A program made the translations under genes and the position numbers. A DNA stretch of 63,762 bases, filler included, from Reticulomyxa filosa (Eukaryota; Protista; Foraminifera), in NCBI GenBank assembly GCA_000512085.1. It is 21 parts of 21 records of this genome, joined end to end, with 100 filler letters (N's around TTAATTAATTAA, not from the genome) between each part and the next. Parts side by side here need not be neighbours in the genome. Positions count along the whole stretch, not along the records: positions 1 to 4,324 come from ASPP01002623.1; positions 4,425 to 6,633 come from ASPP01008959.1; positions 6,734 to 8,463 come from ASPP01020418.1; positions 8,564 to 11,205 come from ASPP01028170.1; positions 11,306 to 12,845 come from ASPP01040170.1; positions 12,946 to 14,739 come from ASPP01011993.1; 15 more parts are not named here. The stretch is one strand, 5' to 3'. The notes under the pieces were generated by a model. It made no database searches and had not been told where the DNA came from. It was given only the letters and a program-made list of their open reading frames with translations. Of this stretch, positions 1 to 13,359 are shown in pieces. Position 1 is the first letter of the stretch, and each line of letters opens with the position of its first letter.

Positions 1-139
1 GACTTTATTGTGTTACATTCATTTCATTGTATTCCACTTCTTATCTTTGTTTACATATATATATATATATATGTGCATCTGTGTATGTATGTGTAACTAA
101 TACAAGCAAAGCGAAAGCAAAGAAAAAAATGAACTGGAT

Positions 140-1575
140 TTGCTAGAATATGTGTTGTCATTGTACCCATGTGGAATTCGGATAGATTGCATATCGTCTG
201 TCTTTGAATACCTTCAAAATACTTGGAAAGAGAAAGAGGAATGGTTATCGAGGATGAACGATTATCAATGGATGCAAAAACTCAACAGTCATTTTCGACA
301 ACAAAAACTGAAATCAAAATCACAACAGAATAACGACAAAGTTAAGCCATTCAAAAAACTAGTCTCGAATGTGAACAGTAGTAATCGGCTGCTGTCAAGA
401 TGTCGTGTGATTGATGGCGTCGTGTTGGCATTGAAGCAAAAGACAACTCTTTTCAAAGTAAACAATAATGCGACAAATAGACACTTAAATGGAACGTATT
501 CGCTGTATACGCCTTTGGTATTCAATGGTTATCATCCGCACGCTCAAAACGACTTGTTGCAATCCCGTGTCGATTTGAGATCGTGCAATGGTGGATTTTA
601 TTTGGAATATATCAACTATTACTTTTGGATACATTATAACAAATGTCTTGTGCTGGAAGGTCCTATGTTTGAGACCAAATCCATGTGTTGCATGAATGAT
701 TCCAAGCGAAACGCCATGGTCGAATTGACATGGCAAATTAATGAAATTCGAGACATCAATCATCAACATCAACTGACTCATCACTATGCCTCTTTTTTAT
801 TTGATCCGCACTCTTTGACTTATTTGGGCGTCTCAAGCATTGCTCAAGAGCCTCCCTCTGTTGCTTGCTTGCAACCTTACGTCATGAGTTGGGACGTCTC
901 TATTGGCGACCAGGTGTGGGTCTATATCAAAGACGATTGCACGGACGAGTCAGATTTCTACTCGCTTCAAACTTTGAAATGCTCTCAGCTACTTGATGTG
1001 GCCATTCCCGCCAAAGTAGTTGCCATTGATGTGTTCTGTCAACACAATGCTCTCTTTTCGTTAGAATTGAGTGAATGTTGGAAATTAGGACTTTTGCGTC
1101 ATTCTATTGATGGCTTTACACAATTGGATTTTGTCCGTGCGAGGGCTGTACATCTAGTTATTTTATTTTTATGCGCACACATCTATATATTTACGAATAT
1201 TGTCCTTTCTTTTTCTCGAGCATGGAATGTACATTATACTAGAATGAACTTCGTTTCATTGAAGAATACAAATCCAGTATATTTGATGATCCTCGTGTCA
1301 TTAAAGTTTATATCGATGGTTTTACACATGGGATCCCATTTGAAGAAACTGACATCAACAAACAGGTGGCAAATATTTTGAAAGTTATAGATGACATCAT
1401 TCAACAATTCCATCTGATGATGAAAAAGAATGTGACTTGTTTTGGTTGTTATTGGTATTTGATGGGCACTCATTTGCTCAAAGTTCTTTCACCTCTTTAT
1501 TACCATCCATCTATCATCATGTATGCACCACGTTTTCCTCTCGCATTTCTAATATACAATTGCTGGCGTTCTTAA
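140..1575 (+). CDS. Hypothetical protein, multi-exon, 5' partial
   Basis: Long ORF 140-1381 with a probable intron near 1150-1220; coding-like sequence continues into ORF 1366-1575. No family recognised. Confidence 0.35.
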
Positions 1576-2472
1576 ATCCTAAAATTCGCTCGTCATTTCA
1601 AAACGATTGGCGAGATGTCGTTTTTTTCAAAAATAAATCTCAAAATAATATAGACAATATTCGAATATGGTGTGTATTGAAAGATTTACACGACTGTCAT
1701 CAATCGGCTCCTTATTACAGTTTGGCCGCGACTCAATCCAAATACGTTCTCTGTTTTGGGGGAGGCAAGCCATTGCAAATCAAATACCTACAATTTATTA
1801 AATATCACGCTTCCCTCAAGTCCACCAAACAAAAAATCAAATTTTATATTTTTAATTTGCATAAGTATAAATACGTGCTTGGTCAAGTAAAAAAAGAAGA
1901 AACAATTTTACTAAGTAAACAAAGCACAAACGAGCACGTTATTATACAACATGTTTCAGCTGAATAGTGTATATACGCTACTGTTTTATAAATATTTGAA
2001 GACAACAGAACAAAGTCATGAATTATATCATTAAAAAAATCTCTTAAAATTTTTTGTTTTTGTTCTTATGAGTGGTCTGTTGAAATCATCTTTAGTTAGT
2101 TCGTATGTCTTGCCACTTTATCACATTTTTTTTGTTATCATCAGTTATATTTGCCTTGAACAACTCTCAAAGGAGTACAACTGATGAGTTATTTTGTTCC
2201 ATAATAGTAAGGCCACAATTATCTTTACAAGTTCAAATTTTTGATGCTAGCTTCTTTACTTGGTGCACTTTGGATAATTTGCAAAGGTAATATGTTGATA
2301 TGGTGCAGAAGTTGAAAACTAGCTTAACATGTACATGATCACGTTAAAAAAAATGACAAATAATATATTGAAAAACGAAACAGTTTGCACAAATCAACTG
2401 CCAAAATCTCGCCAAGTCTCTATTTGAATTGGATTAAGTTGAACAGAAAACAATTGTACAAACTAATATATT

Positions 2473-4324
2473 TTATTGTACTTTTTGCTCAATGCTACTC
2501 ACAACCCCGAGTAGCATATCATTTTTTTCTTGTACTTGTTCTTCTAATTCAGCAACTCGTTCGTCAAGTTTCTTAATTTTTCGGAGCTCTTTCTCTTGTT
2601 CTCTCAATCGCTCTTCTAAATCTCTGACCAATGATTGTTTTTCGTCCAGTAAATCAGAAACACGCTTTTGTTCTTGTTTGTGTGTTTCTTCAATTGTTTG
2701 CAATTTTTCATGAGATTCTTTGAACATGTTCATTTCACTTTTTAAATGAATTAATTCAAGATTTTTTTTATTTAGTAGAGTTTCCATGCTTCCCTTCTCA
2801 AGCGTTACTTTTTCCATTTCCTGTTTCATTTCGGTATTTTCTTTGGTTAAGCCTTCAATTTTTTGTTTCTCTTTTCGTAATTCGGATTGCAAAGATTTTA
2901 TTTTTTCTACGTCCTCTGGATTTGAAAAATTTGCAGCATCGCCTGTCCAGTTCGACTGATTTTTCAACTTCTTGATTTCAAAGTCCTTGGATTTCATGAT
3001 GCTTTCCATTTCGGCGACGTTTTTGCGCAATAGTTCCAATTCACTGGTATCTTTGTTGGCACCAACGCCGCTCATTTCCAATCGTTTTTTAAAATCTTTT
3101 ATTTTTGCTTTCAATTCGTCAATCGTTTCATCTTTTTGATCACATTTCTCGCTGATTTCCTTCTTTTGTTTTTCTGCTCGTCCGCATCGTTCTTCGAGTA
3201 ATTCGTGCTGAGTTCGCAAATCACTCAACTGTTGCTGCAGCACTTCCATTTCTTTGTTGGTTTTTTCAATCAATATAACCTGCTTTTCTATGATTGTAAT
3301 TTCACTTGGACATCATCACCTTGAGCCAACAGTTTGCGATCCAAATGTTCCACTTTTGAGTTCAATGTATCGATTTTTCTGAGATTGGCGTCATTGTCAC
3401 GAGACAAAGTTTCCCATTTTGAAAGTAAATCGTTCCATTCTTTGGTTTTAGCGTCTAATTTTTCGCGTAAATCTTTGCTTTCTGATTCACTTTTTTCCAA
3501 ATCATTTTGCAATTCGATTATCTGTTCGTCCCTTTCTGCCATCGTTTCTTTCAATTTTTGATCATTGATAGCGATGAGACTTTGTTCCAACTGTACATGT
3601 TCGTTGTGTGTACATAATTTGTATAATTTTGTATATATTATGTACGTATATATGTTACTGTTATCATTTCTTATTTGTGTTTAAAACTTCTTTGCTGCGT
3701 TGATTTAGCAACTCGATCTCTTTGACTTTGTTTTTAATATCGAGACGAAGATCGTTCATTTCCAAATCTTTTTTTTCCAGTTCCACAACGCAATTTCTTT
3801 GTTTTTCCGATATCTGTTCGTTTTCTTTTTCCAACGATTCGATCTTTTGTTTGTATTTTTGAACAACCTTTTCCGAATGTTCTAACATTGCTTCCAACTT
3901 TGCAACTTTCACCTCGATCTCTTCGTCCTTGTCTTCCAGTTGTTGTTCTTTTTCTTCCATTTCCTCTTGGATTTTCTTTATGGCCGTATATTCGGCCGAC
4001 ATGTCCTCTTTGAATTGGTCTAACTCGGCCATCGTTTTTTCTAATTCCTGTTGCTTTGCGTCTATGTCATGTCTTAATTTGTTTATCTGATGTTCCAACT
4101 CTTCATTGGTCCCATTTGCCTCTCGCTGTCTCTTTTCTAATTCAGCTCTTTGTTTTTCCATTTCACGCAATTCTTGTCGAAGTTTGCCAGAAGTATTTTG
4201 CAGCTTTTCACAACCACACAAATGCGCAATTAGGATTTACGTTTATTACATAAAAGGGGTTTTTTTTTTTTTTTTTTTACAAAAAAAAAAAAACAAACCT
4301 TTTGAAGCTCTTCCAACTTCTTAA
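2473..4324 (-). CDS. Long E/K-rich coiled-coil protein (myosin-tail/centrosomal-like), multi-exon, 5' partial
   Basis: Three consecutive heptad-rich ORFs (3664-4221, 3288-3590, 2473-3273) separated by short GT-AG-like or AT-rich gaps. Confidence 0.65.
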
Positions 4325-4424
4325 NNNNNNNNNNNNNNNNNNNNNNNNNNNNNNNNNNNNNNNNNNNNTTAATTAATTAANNNNNNNNNNNNNNNNNNNN
4401 NNNNNNNNNNNNNNNNNNNNNNNN
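4325..4424. other. Artificial contig spacer (N44-TTAATTAATTAA-N44), first of 20
   Basis: The same six-frame-stop linker recurs at about 6634, 8464, 11206, 12846, 14740, 17936, 20745, 24096, 29356, 30977, 33792, 38052, 48295, 49827, 50993, 54215, 57978, 59304 and 62272. It produces the XXXLIN tails in the ORF track. Confidence 0.98.
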
Positions 4425-4473
4425 TTTTTTTTTTCAATTTCCCTTTTTTTTTTTTTTTTTTTTTTTTTATTAT

Positions 4474-4940
4474 TTAATGTTTGCAAAGAACGCAGGATAT
4501 GCTCTTTTTTTTAAATTTAATCTTCTTATAGAAATTCTTTTTTTGAAACCAACCTTCGTATTCAACTATTTCCACATGCGGAATAATAGGCCCATCGTCA
4601 AACACATGCGACCAACGATTATTTGTTAGTGTGTAGCCACTCACTGGCGAAATTTCGAAGAGTTCCAATTTTGTTGTGCTCGCTTGCCTGTAGGCCCGTT
4701 CACGCTTAGCTAATATGTCTCTTCTCTCTTGGACAGACACAAACAATACACTTACCAAACCACGGTCGAATGGTGCCCTTCATTGCTCCACTTCTTTGTG
4801 CTCGAAAATACACCAGACTTGAAGTCCAGGGGATTATCTTTCGCTATAAAATCAACTTTCAGCGAATTGACATCATTCACTTGAAAACAAGTTGCAAACG
4901 TTGGCAGTGGGCAATTTACTTCTTCAATCTGATTTAGCAT
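4474..4940 (-). CDS. Hypothetical protein, 3' partial
   Basis: Two abutting ORFs (4752-4940, 4474-4758) with coding-like composition, divergent from the SAP gene. I could not resolve the junction between them. Confidence 0.3.
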
Positions 4941-5215
4941 TACTGTTGCTCCTTTTCTAGGGGTTCAGATTCAACGTAAGGTCTTTTTTTCCTTTTGAAG
5001 GTTTGTAACAAAAAAAATAAATATCTTTTTGAGAAGTAAATTTTAAATGGAGAAAAAAAAAAAGGGTATTTAAAGGAGTATCTTATTCTTTTCACTTGAC
5101 TTCTTTTGTTATATGTTTTTTCAGAGTAAAGCCCTTTTGTGGACGCACCCGGAACGTTAGAAAACTGTCAGAACACGGTTTACTTGGGGAAAAACGAACA
5201 AATAGATTGTTGAGC

Positions 5216-6405
5216 ATGTCAGAGACAAAGCCCTCTGAAGAGGAAATAAAATCTTGGACAGTGGTCAAGCTGCGAGAGAGATGCAAGGCAGTAAAGAAAG
5301 ACCACGTTGGAAAAAAAGCAGAGCTGCAACAAAGACTGTTAACTCATTATGGATATTCGATAGAGACAGCCCTCCCCGTGGCCGCAGAAACGACCATCTC
5401 AGCCAAGAAAACAAAGCGAGTAAAGTTAGAGGAAGAAATAGAGGCAGTGGATAATGAAACATGGCTCCCTCCCCAAAAGCGGCAACGAACACAGAAAAAG
5501 AAAAGTTCAAAAAGCAAAGTCACCAAATCGGAGGACAAGTTATTAATAGCACTGCAAAAAAAAAAAAATAAAAAAATTTTTTTTAAAAAAAAAAAAAAAA
5601 AAGTGCTGCACAAAAACATGGACAGAAACAACCTAGAAATGAAAGAGCCAAAAGTGGACAATGAGCAAATCCAAGCACTGATTGCGAACTATCGCAACTT
5701 GGCTGTGAAAGACGAACCAATGGAAAAAGAATCGTGCACGCCCATCTATATAGCAAACAGTGGACCTGTCGACGAAAATTACTACCCCCTTTTTGATCCA
5801 AGCCAATATACTGTTGCTGAAGACATAAGTGATGAAAGTGATGACTCGTCCGTTGCAACTCCAGGCAATGTGTAATTTTGTGTGTGTGTGTGTTATATGT
5901 GTAATATGAAGTTGTTCCGGGCAACTTCCTGGAACAATGATATTAATAACAATAAAAGAACCCAATGAAAATATCGATTATGATTTGGCAATGACTGAGG
6001 ACGACATGAATACATGGTTGGAGAACCAAGTGGCAGGATCGAAAGAAAAACAGTAGTGACAGAAGACAAGGAAGGAATCGAAGTGATATCGCAGCTGAAG
6101 GAGATTGAGCAGCTATTGAACAACGAAGAGTGCCGATTTTGGAATGACACGCAAAGACCAATAGCAGCAACAACAGAAGGGAAAAGCAAGCTGTTGACGA
6201 AATGGGCACGAGAAGATAAGAATGCGCCATTGCCTTATTTCAAGCAAAGCGGACCGAACAGCTGTGATAAGCGATCGATAGGAGACCCACGTCGTATCGA
6301 GCCATATCTGTTGGACGTGTTTACGGAGAAGACCAACGACCTGGAATATGCAAAGAACACACTTGTTTTTGTTTCGTAAAGAGCTACGATATTTATAGAA
6401 ATTTC

Positions 6406-6445
<40 letters not shown>

Positions 6446-6633
6446 AATAAAAATTGGGTGACTTATGTTTTGCAACCAATCAATTAATTAATCAATCAAT
6501 TAATCAATCAATCAATGAAATAAAAATCAATCGAAAATAGAAAACATATCGAGGCGAAGATATTATGGTGGAAGACGGAGAAGAAGTGTGGTCATGGAAC
6601 ATGGTGCTGTCCTGTGAGGTGAACGAATTCAAC
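5216..6633 (+). CDS. SAP-domain protein, multi-exon, 3' partial
   Basis: N-terminal IKSWTVVKLRERCKAVKKDHVGKKAELQQRL fits the SAP consensus (l..l.V.eLk..lk..gl...G.KaeLi.RL). A basic NLS-like tract and further exons (6014-6379, ~6541-6633) follow. Confidence 0.7.
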
Positions 6634-6733
6634 NNNNNNNNNNNNNNNNNNNNNNNNNNNNNNNNNNNNNNNNNNNNTTAATTAATTAANNNNNNNNNNN
6701 NNNNNNNNNNNNNNNNNNNNNNNNNNNNNNNNN

Positions 6734-7467
6734 CTTCTTCTTCTTCTTCTTTGGCAGACATCAGGCAAGCATTGAGATCTTTCATCAGTCCCAGCTTTCT
6801 CGCTTTATCCCCTTGTTCGCTATTATTGTAACTGCGAAGCAGAAAAGGCCATAGCTTGGGCAATGAAAACATATAGAACACATCAAACGCACTGCAACTT
6901 TGCAACGTGCATAAACATTCCAAACATGCCATCTTTTTTTGTCGTCTCCAATATGTCAATGCCGACAATAACAATATAATTGCTCCAATGAATTCACCAT
7001 TCACCACAATACGTTTACTCCATTCCAAATTCCATTGGTTGTCACCTTTTTCTTTTTCCAATACCAACCATACAAAATTGCCAATGATAAACACTACATT
7101 AAACAGTGCTGAAACTGTCGAAATTGATACATTCAAGACTTCTCCCCATGTTAAGTGGATCGTATATTTTTCAAAATATTCTTCAATTTCTTTGAATGAG
7201 CGAATCTCTATTCTTGACTGTTTTTGAATTTTTTTTTTGTATATTGGTTTTTTTATTTGTCTTGTTTTGTTTCTATTTTGTTTTTATGTAATGCTTGAAT
7301 ATCCCCTCCCTCCCCTTTTCCATGTTAAAGACACAATATGGTATTACTTGCTCAAATGGTGGCGGAGCTGCTTTCCACGAAAAGGCTCTGCACATATCAC
7401 TTTTTTCTTGTTCTTTCAGAAGAGATGTTGTCAGCGTCTGCGATTTTTCTTCATCTTCTTTCTCCAT
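6734..7467 (-). CDS. Hypothetical multi-pass membrane protein, partial
   Basis: Hydrophobic segments SALFNVVFIIGNFVWLVL and FIGAIILLLSALTYW; upstream exon 7273-7467. Confidence 0.45.
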
Positions 7468-7864
7468 CGCTGGAAATCTTCTATATTCTTACGCTCGGAT
7501 TTGCTTAAATTTTTTATCCTCTCTTAGTTTTTTTTTAGGAAGGCGTGTACGTATACATTTACTGCCCTATCAATTCTTTAATTTTTCACCAAAGCTATAA
7601 CACTTTATATCTTAGTTGTATAACGATTAAAAATTATTTTTATTGAAAGAGAAATTGTACAGAATGCTTAGTCTATCTTGGCCACTTTTGTGACCATTTT
7701 TATAAAATTTAAATATGGCAAAGCAAGTCTTTTCTAAACAAAAGGCCTTTGTAAAAACTCAGTCAAGTGTGACGTGTTTTGTTTTCAAACAAGTAAGCTT
7801 TTTTGAAATTTCTCTTCCCTTCTCCCGTCATTTTTTATTAAATAAAAATAACAAAAGTATACAA

Positions 7865-8463
7865 ATGGCAAGTAAGAGAGACACTTCCACACAGTACAAG
7901 AGTGGTTCAGCTCTACGACAAACTGGGTCGTTGATTTCTATTCAACTGACATCAGCGGTGATAACATTTATACTCAACCAGAGCATAGTAAGTACAATAG
8001 GCCCAAAGCTGACAGGCATTGCTCAAGTGGATTTATACGTTGTGTTTGCATCGATACTGTTTTTGTCACGCGAGTACATCCGCCGCAAGTGTATAACCTA
8101 TCGTTCCCCCAACGGTGACAATCGAACCCAAGAGCGTCAAATATTCGCCTTGGGTTGGTGCAACATGTTTGTGGTCGTAGTAATATCCTTCCTTGTTGAC
8201 CTTTACTTCCGCTTCAACCATGGTGTGTCGCATCATTTGTACTGTATCCACATATGTGCATTGGCCGGAGTTGAGATTGTGTATTCAAAGAGTTCAGAGT
8301 ATAGCAATTCAATACAATATAATATAATATAACAAATGTAACGTATCTATTTGTTTGTTTGTTTGTTTGGTTAAAAAAAAAAAAAAAAAAAAAAGGCGAT
8401 TGAAATGATAGCAGAGCCATATATATTGATAGCAATGTATCGTGTGTGGGAAAGGTCAAAGGT
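7865..8463 (+). CDS. RFT1: RFT1 (Man5GlcNAc2-PP-dolichol translocation protein), 3' partial
   Basis: IQLTSAVITFILNQ...ILFLSREYIRRKC matches the RFT1 N-terminus (TFxLNQ...LFLSREAxRRA). After intron 8270-8395 the frame continues AIEMIAEPY, like the conserved ELLSEP motif. Confidence 0.85.
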
Positions 8464-8563
8464 NNNNNNNNNNNNNNNNNNNNNNNNNNNNNNNNNNNNN
8501 NNNNNNNTTAATTAATTAANNNNNNNNNNNNNNNNNNNNNNNNNNNNNNNNNNNNNNNNNNNN

Positions 8564-9824
8564 TATTCATTTCATTTAATACCTCCCACTGTCTATGTTT
8601 CTTTTGTTCCTCTTTATATCGTTCTACTAATTGCGTCATCATTTTCGTCCCATGTTCGCCCCTTTGGATTTCACTGTCTATCTTGTCTAGTATCTCCATT
8701 AATTTTTCTTGTCCCAGGTTCATTTTTACTATTGACCCAATCTTATTCTTCTTTAGGGTTATCACCTTCTTTCCAATCAATGCATTATAGATTTCTGCCA
8801 TTAGTAAATCATACCCTTCCTGGTTCGTGCATTTCTCGATTTGCAGTTTGCCACTTCTTCCAATCTTGTTTACTATTTGCTTTGCTGCTGCTTCAATTTG
8901 TTTTTGATCATTGCTTATTTTACATGTATACGGAACGTGCAATTTCGTGCTTTTCCCTTTTAACCCTACCCTCCCTTTGATGGTACATTTGATCGGATAA
9001 TGGTCTGATGCTACATATTGCTGGAGCACTTCTATTTTTACTTCTTTTTCCTTCCAGGATGGGTGGTCATTCACTATCGCATAATCCACAATGGATGATA
9101 CTTTTGTCGCTGGTTTATCAGCGTGGAATGTCCTCTCCCCTTTACATTGTTCTATGTTTAATATTCTCATTGCCTTCTGCCTACACCAGTCGATAAGCCT
9201 TTTCCCACTCTGGTTGTTCATTGTATCCCCTGTTTCTTTGTTCCTCGCATTTAAATCTCCCATTATTAGTATCGCGTACTGGAGGGTCTGGAATATTTCC
9301 ACTACTTCATCCAACTCTTTCCACGCTCTGTCGACATGGAGTGCATTTATTCTGTCCATTGGTGGTACGTATACAAATATGACCACTGTCCTTATCTCCT
9401 CCACGATAGCCGTGGTCAGGAAGTCAGTTGCATATCTGTTTATCTGTACCCGTTGTTCAAAATCCTTCGTATATAATACGCACATTCCGTTGCTTGGTTT
9501 CATCTCACTCGTACTCGCTCGATAATAGGACGGTTGGTGTACTAATCTTACATTATCAATTTGCCCTATTTTTAGTATCCCTGCAATCTTCGTTTCACAA
9601 CATCCCATTATATCCATCTTTTGTTTGTTCAGGAATATTCTGAACGGCGAATATTTGTTTAGCTTGTTCCTGAAATCCCCATGCACATTTACAAATATTA
9701 TCTTATACTCGCTTGCCACTCCCATTGGATTTACTCGTTTTATTTCGATTACCTTCGCCGAGGGTTGCAGGAAGCATAATTCTTGGTTTGTGTTTTCCAG
9801 ACATAACCCAGTCATGAAATCCAC
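8564..9824 (-). CDS. LINE ORF2 apurinic-like endonuclease domain (RT lies beyond the contig end)
   Basis: Motifs in canonical order: IIFVNVHG, GCCETK, VYVPP, ILIMGDLNAR, RTFH, SIVDY, SDHYPI. Confidence 0.9.
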
Positions 9825-11205
9825 CTTCCTTTCCTCCTCTGCATCGGATCTGCTTCGCCAGTGGCTTCAATCTGTTAATCTACTTTTTCTACGCTCTTCC
9901 GTGGAGGCTTCCTGTTTTTCTGTTCGGTTCCCATTTCTTTGATGGTCCTTTTCCTCTGGAATTACTGTTGATTTCCAGGTGTTACACATCTCACGATCTC
10001 TTCTGTGAATGTGTCTGCTTCTCTGTTGTAATGCATCTTGTTCATCCTCCCTTCTATTTTGGTACTCTTTTTTGAAATCCACTCTTGTTATTCCTGGGAA
10101 CTTTCCATCCTTCTTTGCTTGTATTAATGTTCTCCATATCCTGGTTGCATCCATTGTTGATCTAGCCTCTATTATCACATACTTTTGTTTCCATGCCTAT
10201 TTGAATGTAATGTCACTATGGGGAAGAATTCCGGAAAGTTTACTAGTTCTCTGAGCTTCGGGATAAACTGCCCTATTGTTTTCAGTCCATTTAGCTCATG
10301 TCCAAATATTATTAGTTTTTTCGTTCTTTCTCTGTCACACTTTCCCATACTGTCTTCCTTTCCATCCGTGTCCTGTTTTCTTGTTTGTTTCCATCTTGCC
10401 CATATGATTTTGAGCTTTCAGTTTTGTTTCTGTGTGAGCTTGAGGGGATACTTGGGATACTTACTGTGTTGCCGCTCGAGCTTATGCTTCTACTTCGTGC
10501 ACTTCCACTTTTGCTACCCATGCTATGGTCTATTTTCCTGTCTACTTCCTGTTATCCTTTCCACTATCTCCTCCGTTTTGCTAGTCACCCCATCTAGTTT
10601 TCCTTTTGTCTCTTCTATCCATCCCAGCACGGTTCCCATCTGCTGGCTAATTTTTTGGTTCTGCTGCCCTATTGTTAATATATCTTGCTGCAGTGCCTCT
10701 TGTCTTTGTATCACTTCCTTGGTTTGCTCTTCCATTTGCTGTTTCTGGTTTCCCGCTTCTTCGAACTTTCTTTGCATCTTGTACACTGCCGCATTTGTAT
10801 CAATTATCTGTATTTGCATATTTTGTACCAGTTCCATTACCGTGCGCTGTGCAGCCATCATCTCTGCTTTATTCAGTTGAATATCCACTAGCGTTTTTCC
10901 TATTTGCTCCATCATATCTTCAATTGTTCGCTCACTGATAGTTTTCACGCTCTTGTCACTTGTTACGCTTTCCTGGCTATGCCTTATTCGCTGGTCCGGT
11001 TTATCTCTTTGTCCATTATCATCCCCCATTACTTCTATTTCTTCATTCTCCATACTATCCTTTCGAAATTTAAACTCTGGTGGTTTTCTTAGTCCTATGC
11101 TTTGTAGTATTGCCTTTCGTTTTTCATTACCTTCACTTGTCTTTTCATCAACCTTTTCTGCTTGGCCGATTGCTTGTATGTCCTTTTCTTCAATATACGT
11201 ATCGC
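8564..11205 (-). mobile_element. Non-LTR retrotransposon (LINE) 5' portion: frameshifted coiled-coil ORF1 followed by ORF2 APE endonuclease
   Basis: Intronless. ORF1 is broken into 10523-11053, 10312-10521 and 9867-10178. ORF2 carries APE motifs. Truncated at both contig ends. Confidence 0.85.
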
Positions 11206-11389
11206 NNNNNNNNNNNNNNNNNNNNNNNNNNNNNNNNNNNNNNNNNNNNTTAATTAATTAANNNNNNNNNNNNNNNNNNNNNNNNNNNNNNNNNNNNNNN
11301 NNNNNATTAAAACAAACAAGTTTTTATCTAAATATCTTTTCATATAATAAAAGCTGTAATAAAAAATTTTATTAATACAATGTGTTCGA

Positions 11390-12800
11390 TGATTTATCAC
11401 CAAACATGAATGAGACCTTTAAAGAACCATAACATAAATTAATGTTATATTCTTCATTTTCTTTTCTTTTAAATGATATAAATTTAAGAGAAAATATTCC
11501 ATTGTCTTCTTTTTCATATCTTTAATAACATATAATTCATTCTTATTTGATCGAATATCCCAAAATTTAATTGTATTATCCCATAATCCGAATACATCAC
11601 ATTTGAATTACCACCAATATTGATATTCAACAGCTAATACAATATTTGTGTATCTATTAAACATTTGAATTTGTTTACAAGATCGAATATACCACAAACG
11701 AACACTTTTATCACTTGATCCAGATAATATTAATATTGTACACCAAAATTTCCTAATTTATTTGATCTATATTTTATATTTCTAATCTAATTTTTGTGTC
11801 CTTTAAATGTAATTAATTGTTTAGTTGTTTCAATATCCCATATACGAATAGTTCTATCAAATGATCCAGAACACAAATATCTACTACCATTAAATGGTGA
11901 AAATTTAATACAATTAATAATATAAATAAAATAAATAAACACAACATATTTGATAATAAATTTGCCAAAATCATTTAGCCATCCAAATTGTATATGTAAT
12001 ATCTGAATCCAATATTGAATAATTAATTGAATCTTTTTTTTTCTAACTAAGTCACAAAACATACAATAATCAATATATTTTTTGAAAGACTGAAATAAAG
12101 TTTACCAATGTTGTTAGAATTGAATTTTGTTTCCTTGTTGAAGGTTGTCATTTTTTTTGAACGTGTAAGATAATTAACTCTTGAGCTTTTTTCTCAAGGT
12201 TGACAAAAGGGACTATTAGTAATATGAAATAGTTTGTACAACTATACAAATTTTTTTAGGAATAGTGATTAAGGATATATTTTATTTTCATCATTGTGTG
12301 AGAAGACCATTGAAATATCTTAGTCTAATTTATCATGGATATCTCAATTTGAAAATGACTAAATATTTTTTTTAGATATACGCAATCAGTTTCAATGCAA
12401 AAACACAAATGATATTATCAATGTATAACATATGATCAATTTTGTATGTCCATGAAATACTTGTATTTGTCACCAGATTGAATATCCCACAAATGAACAC
12501 TTTTATCATCTGATCCAGATATATTATATTTGAATTACCATAAATCATAATTCATTGCTCCATATTTTACACTCCATACTGCATGGTGACCCCATTAAAT
12601 ACAATAACATGTTTAATTGTTTAATATCAAATATACAAATAGTTTTTTCATGGACCCAGAACATTGTATATCTATTACTACCAATACTATTATGTTATTT
12701 GTTTGTAATGATGAAATAAGGAAAATATTTGTGGAAAAAGTAATGATAACATTCCAACCGAAACTTTCCTTGCAGTTAGTATGGACTATCCAACAAACGA
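11390..12800 (-). pseudogene. Two decayed copies of the expanded WD40-repeat family
   Basis: Fragments KFSPFNGSRYLCSGSFDRTIRIWDIETTKQ, SGSSDKSVRLW and the family N-terminal motif IIQYWIQILHIQFGWLNDF, with stops and frameshifts. Paralogous to 14840-16077. Confidence 0.8.
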
Positions 12801-12945
12801 TGTTCTTTGCAAAAAAAATAGACAAAGTCATCATTCACAACTTGANNNNNNNNNNNNNNNNNNNNNNNNNNNNNNNNNNNNNNNNNNNNTTAATTAATTA
12901 ANNNNNNNNNNNNNNNNNNNNNNNNNNNNNNNNNNNNNNNNNNNN

Positions 12946-13359
12946 AAATAAAAAAAAAAAAAAAAAAAAAAAGTAAACACAGACAACACCTAATGTTAAT
13001 GGGACTTTGGCAACCATCAGTTTTCGATAAATATCCTCGTAAGTCCATTTTTCCACTTTGATATCACCAATCTTGATCAAGCGCGCTCCAAATTTCAATT
13101 TTTGTGTTTCGTTCTTCTTATCTGCCGCCACCAACGCATGGAAGCCTTCCTCACTTGACATCACCAAATGGATATCAAATGGCTTGGAATTAAATGTCTT
13201 TATGAATTTCGGAAGTTTAGGACCTTTTGCACTTGACGACGAGCGCTTCGGTGTCTTCTTTTCTTTTGTTGGTCTTGTTAAAGTATAGGCCAAAACGCCC
13301 AAGGATAGCAACGCTATCCCTCCTGCGAACAAAACAGTATTCGGTGCTCTTTGACTCAT
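12946..13359 (-). CDS. Signal-anchored protein with a PDZ-like domain, 3' partial
   Basis: N-terminal TM segment VLFAGGIALLSLGVLAYTL. FNSKPFDIHL...GARLIKIGDIKVEKWTYEDIYRKL...VPLTL follows the PDZ pattern. Confidence 0.5.

Noticed and set aside
5539-5625. Poly-Lys and poly-Phe tracts in ORF-track proteins as real peptide features
   Set aside because: They come from reading through intronic A or T homopolymers.
10185-10880. Long antisense ORFs (also 35313-35879, 47373-47825, 38966-39749)
   Set aside because: They are shadows of real genes on the opposite strand and carry no independent motifs.
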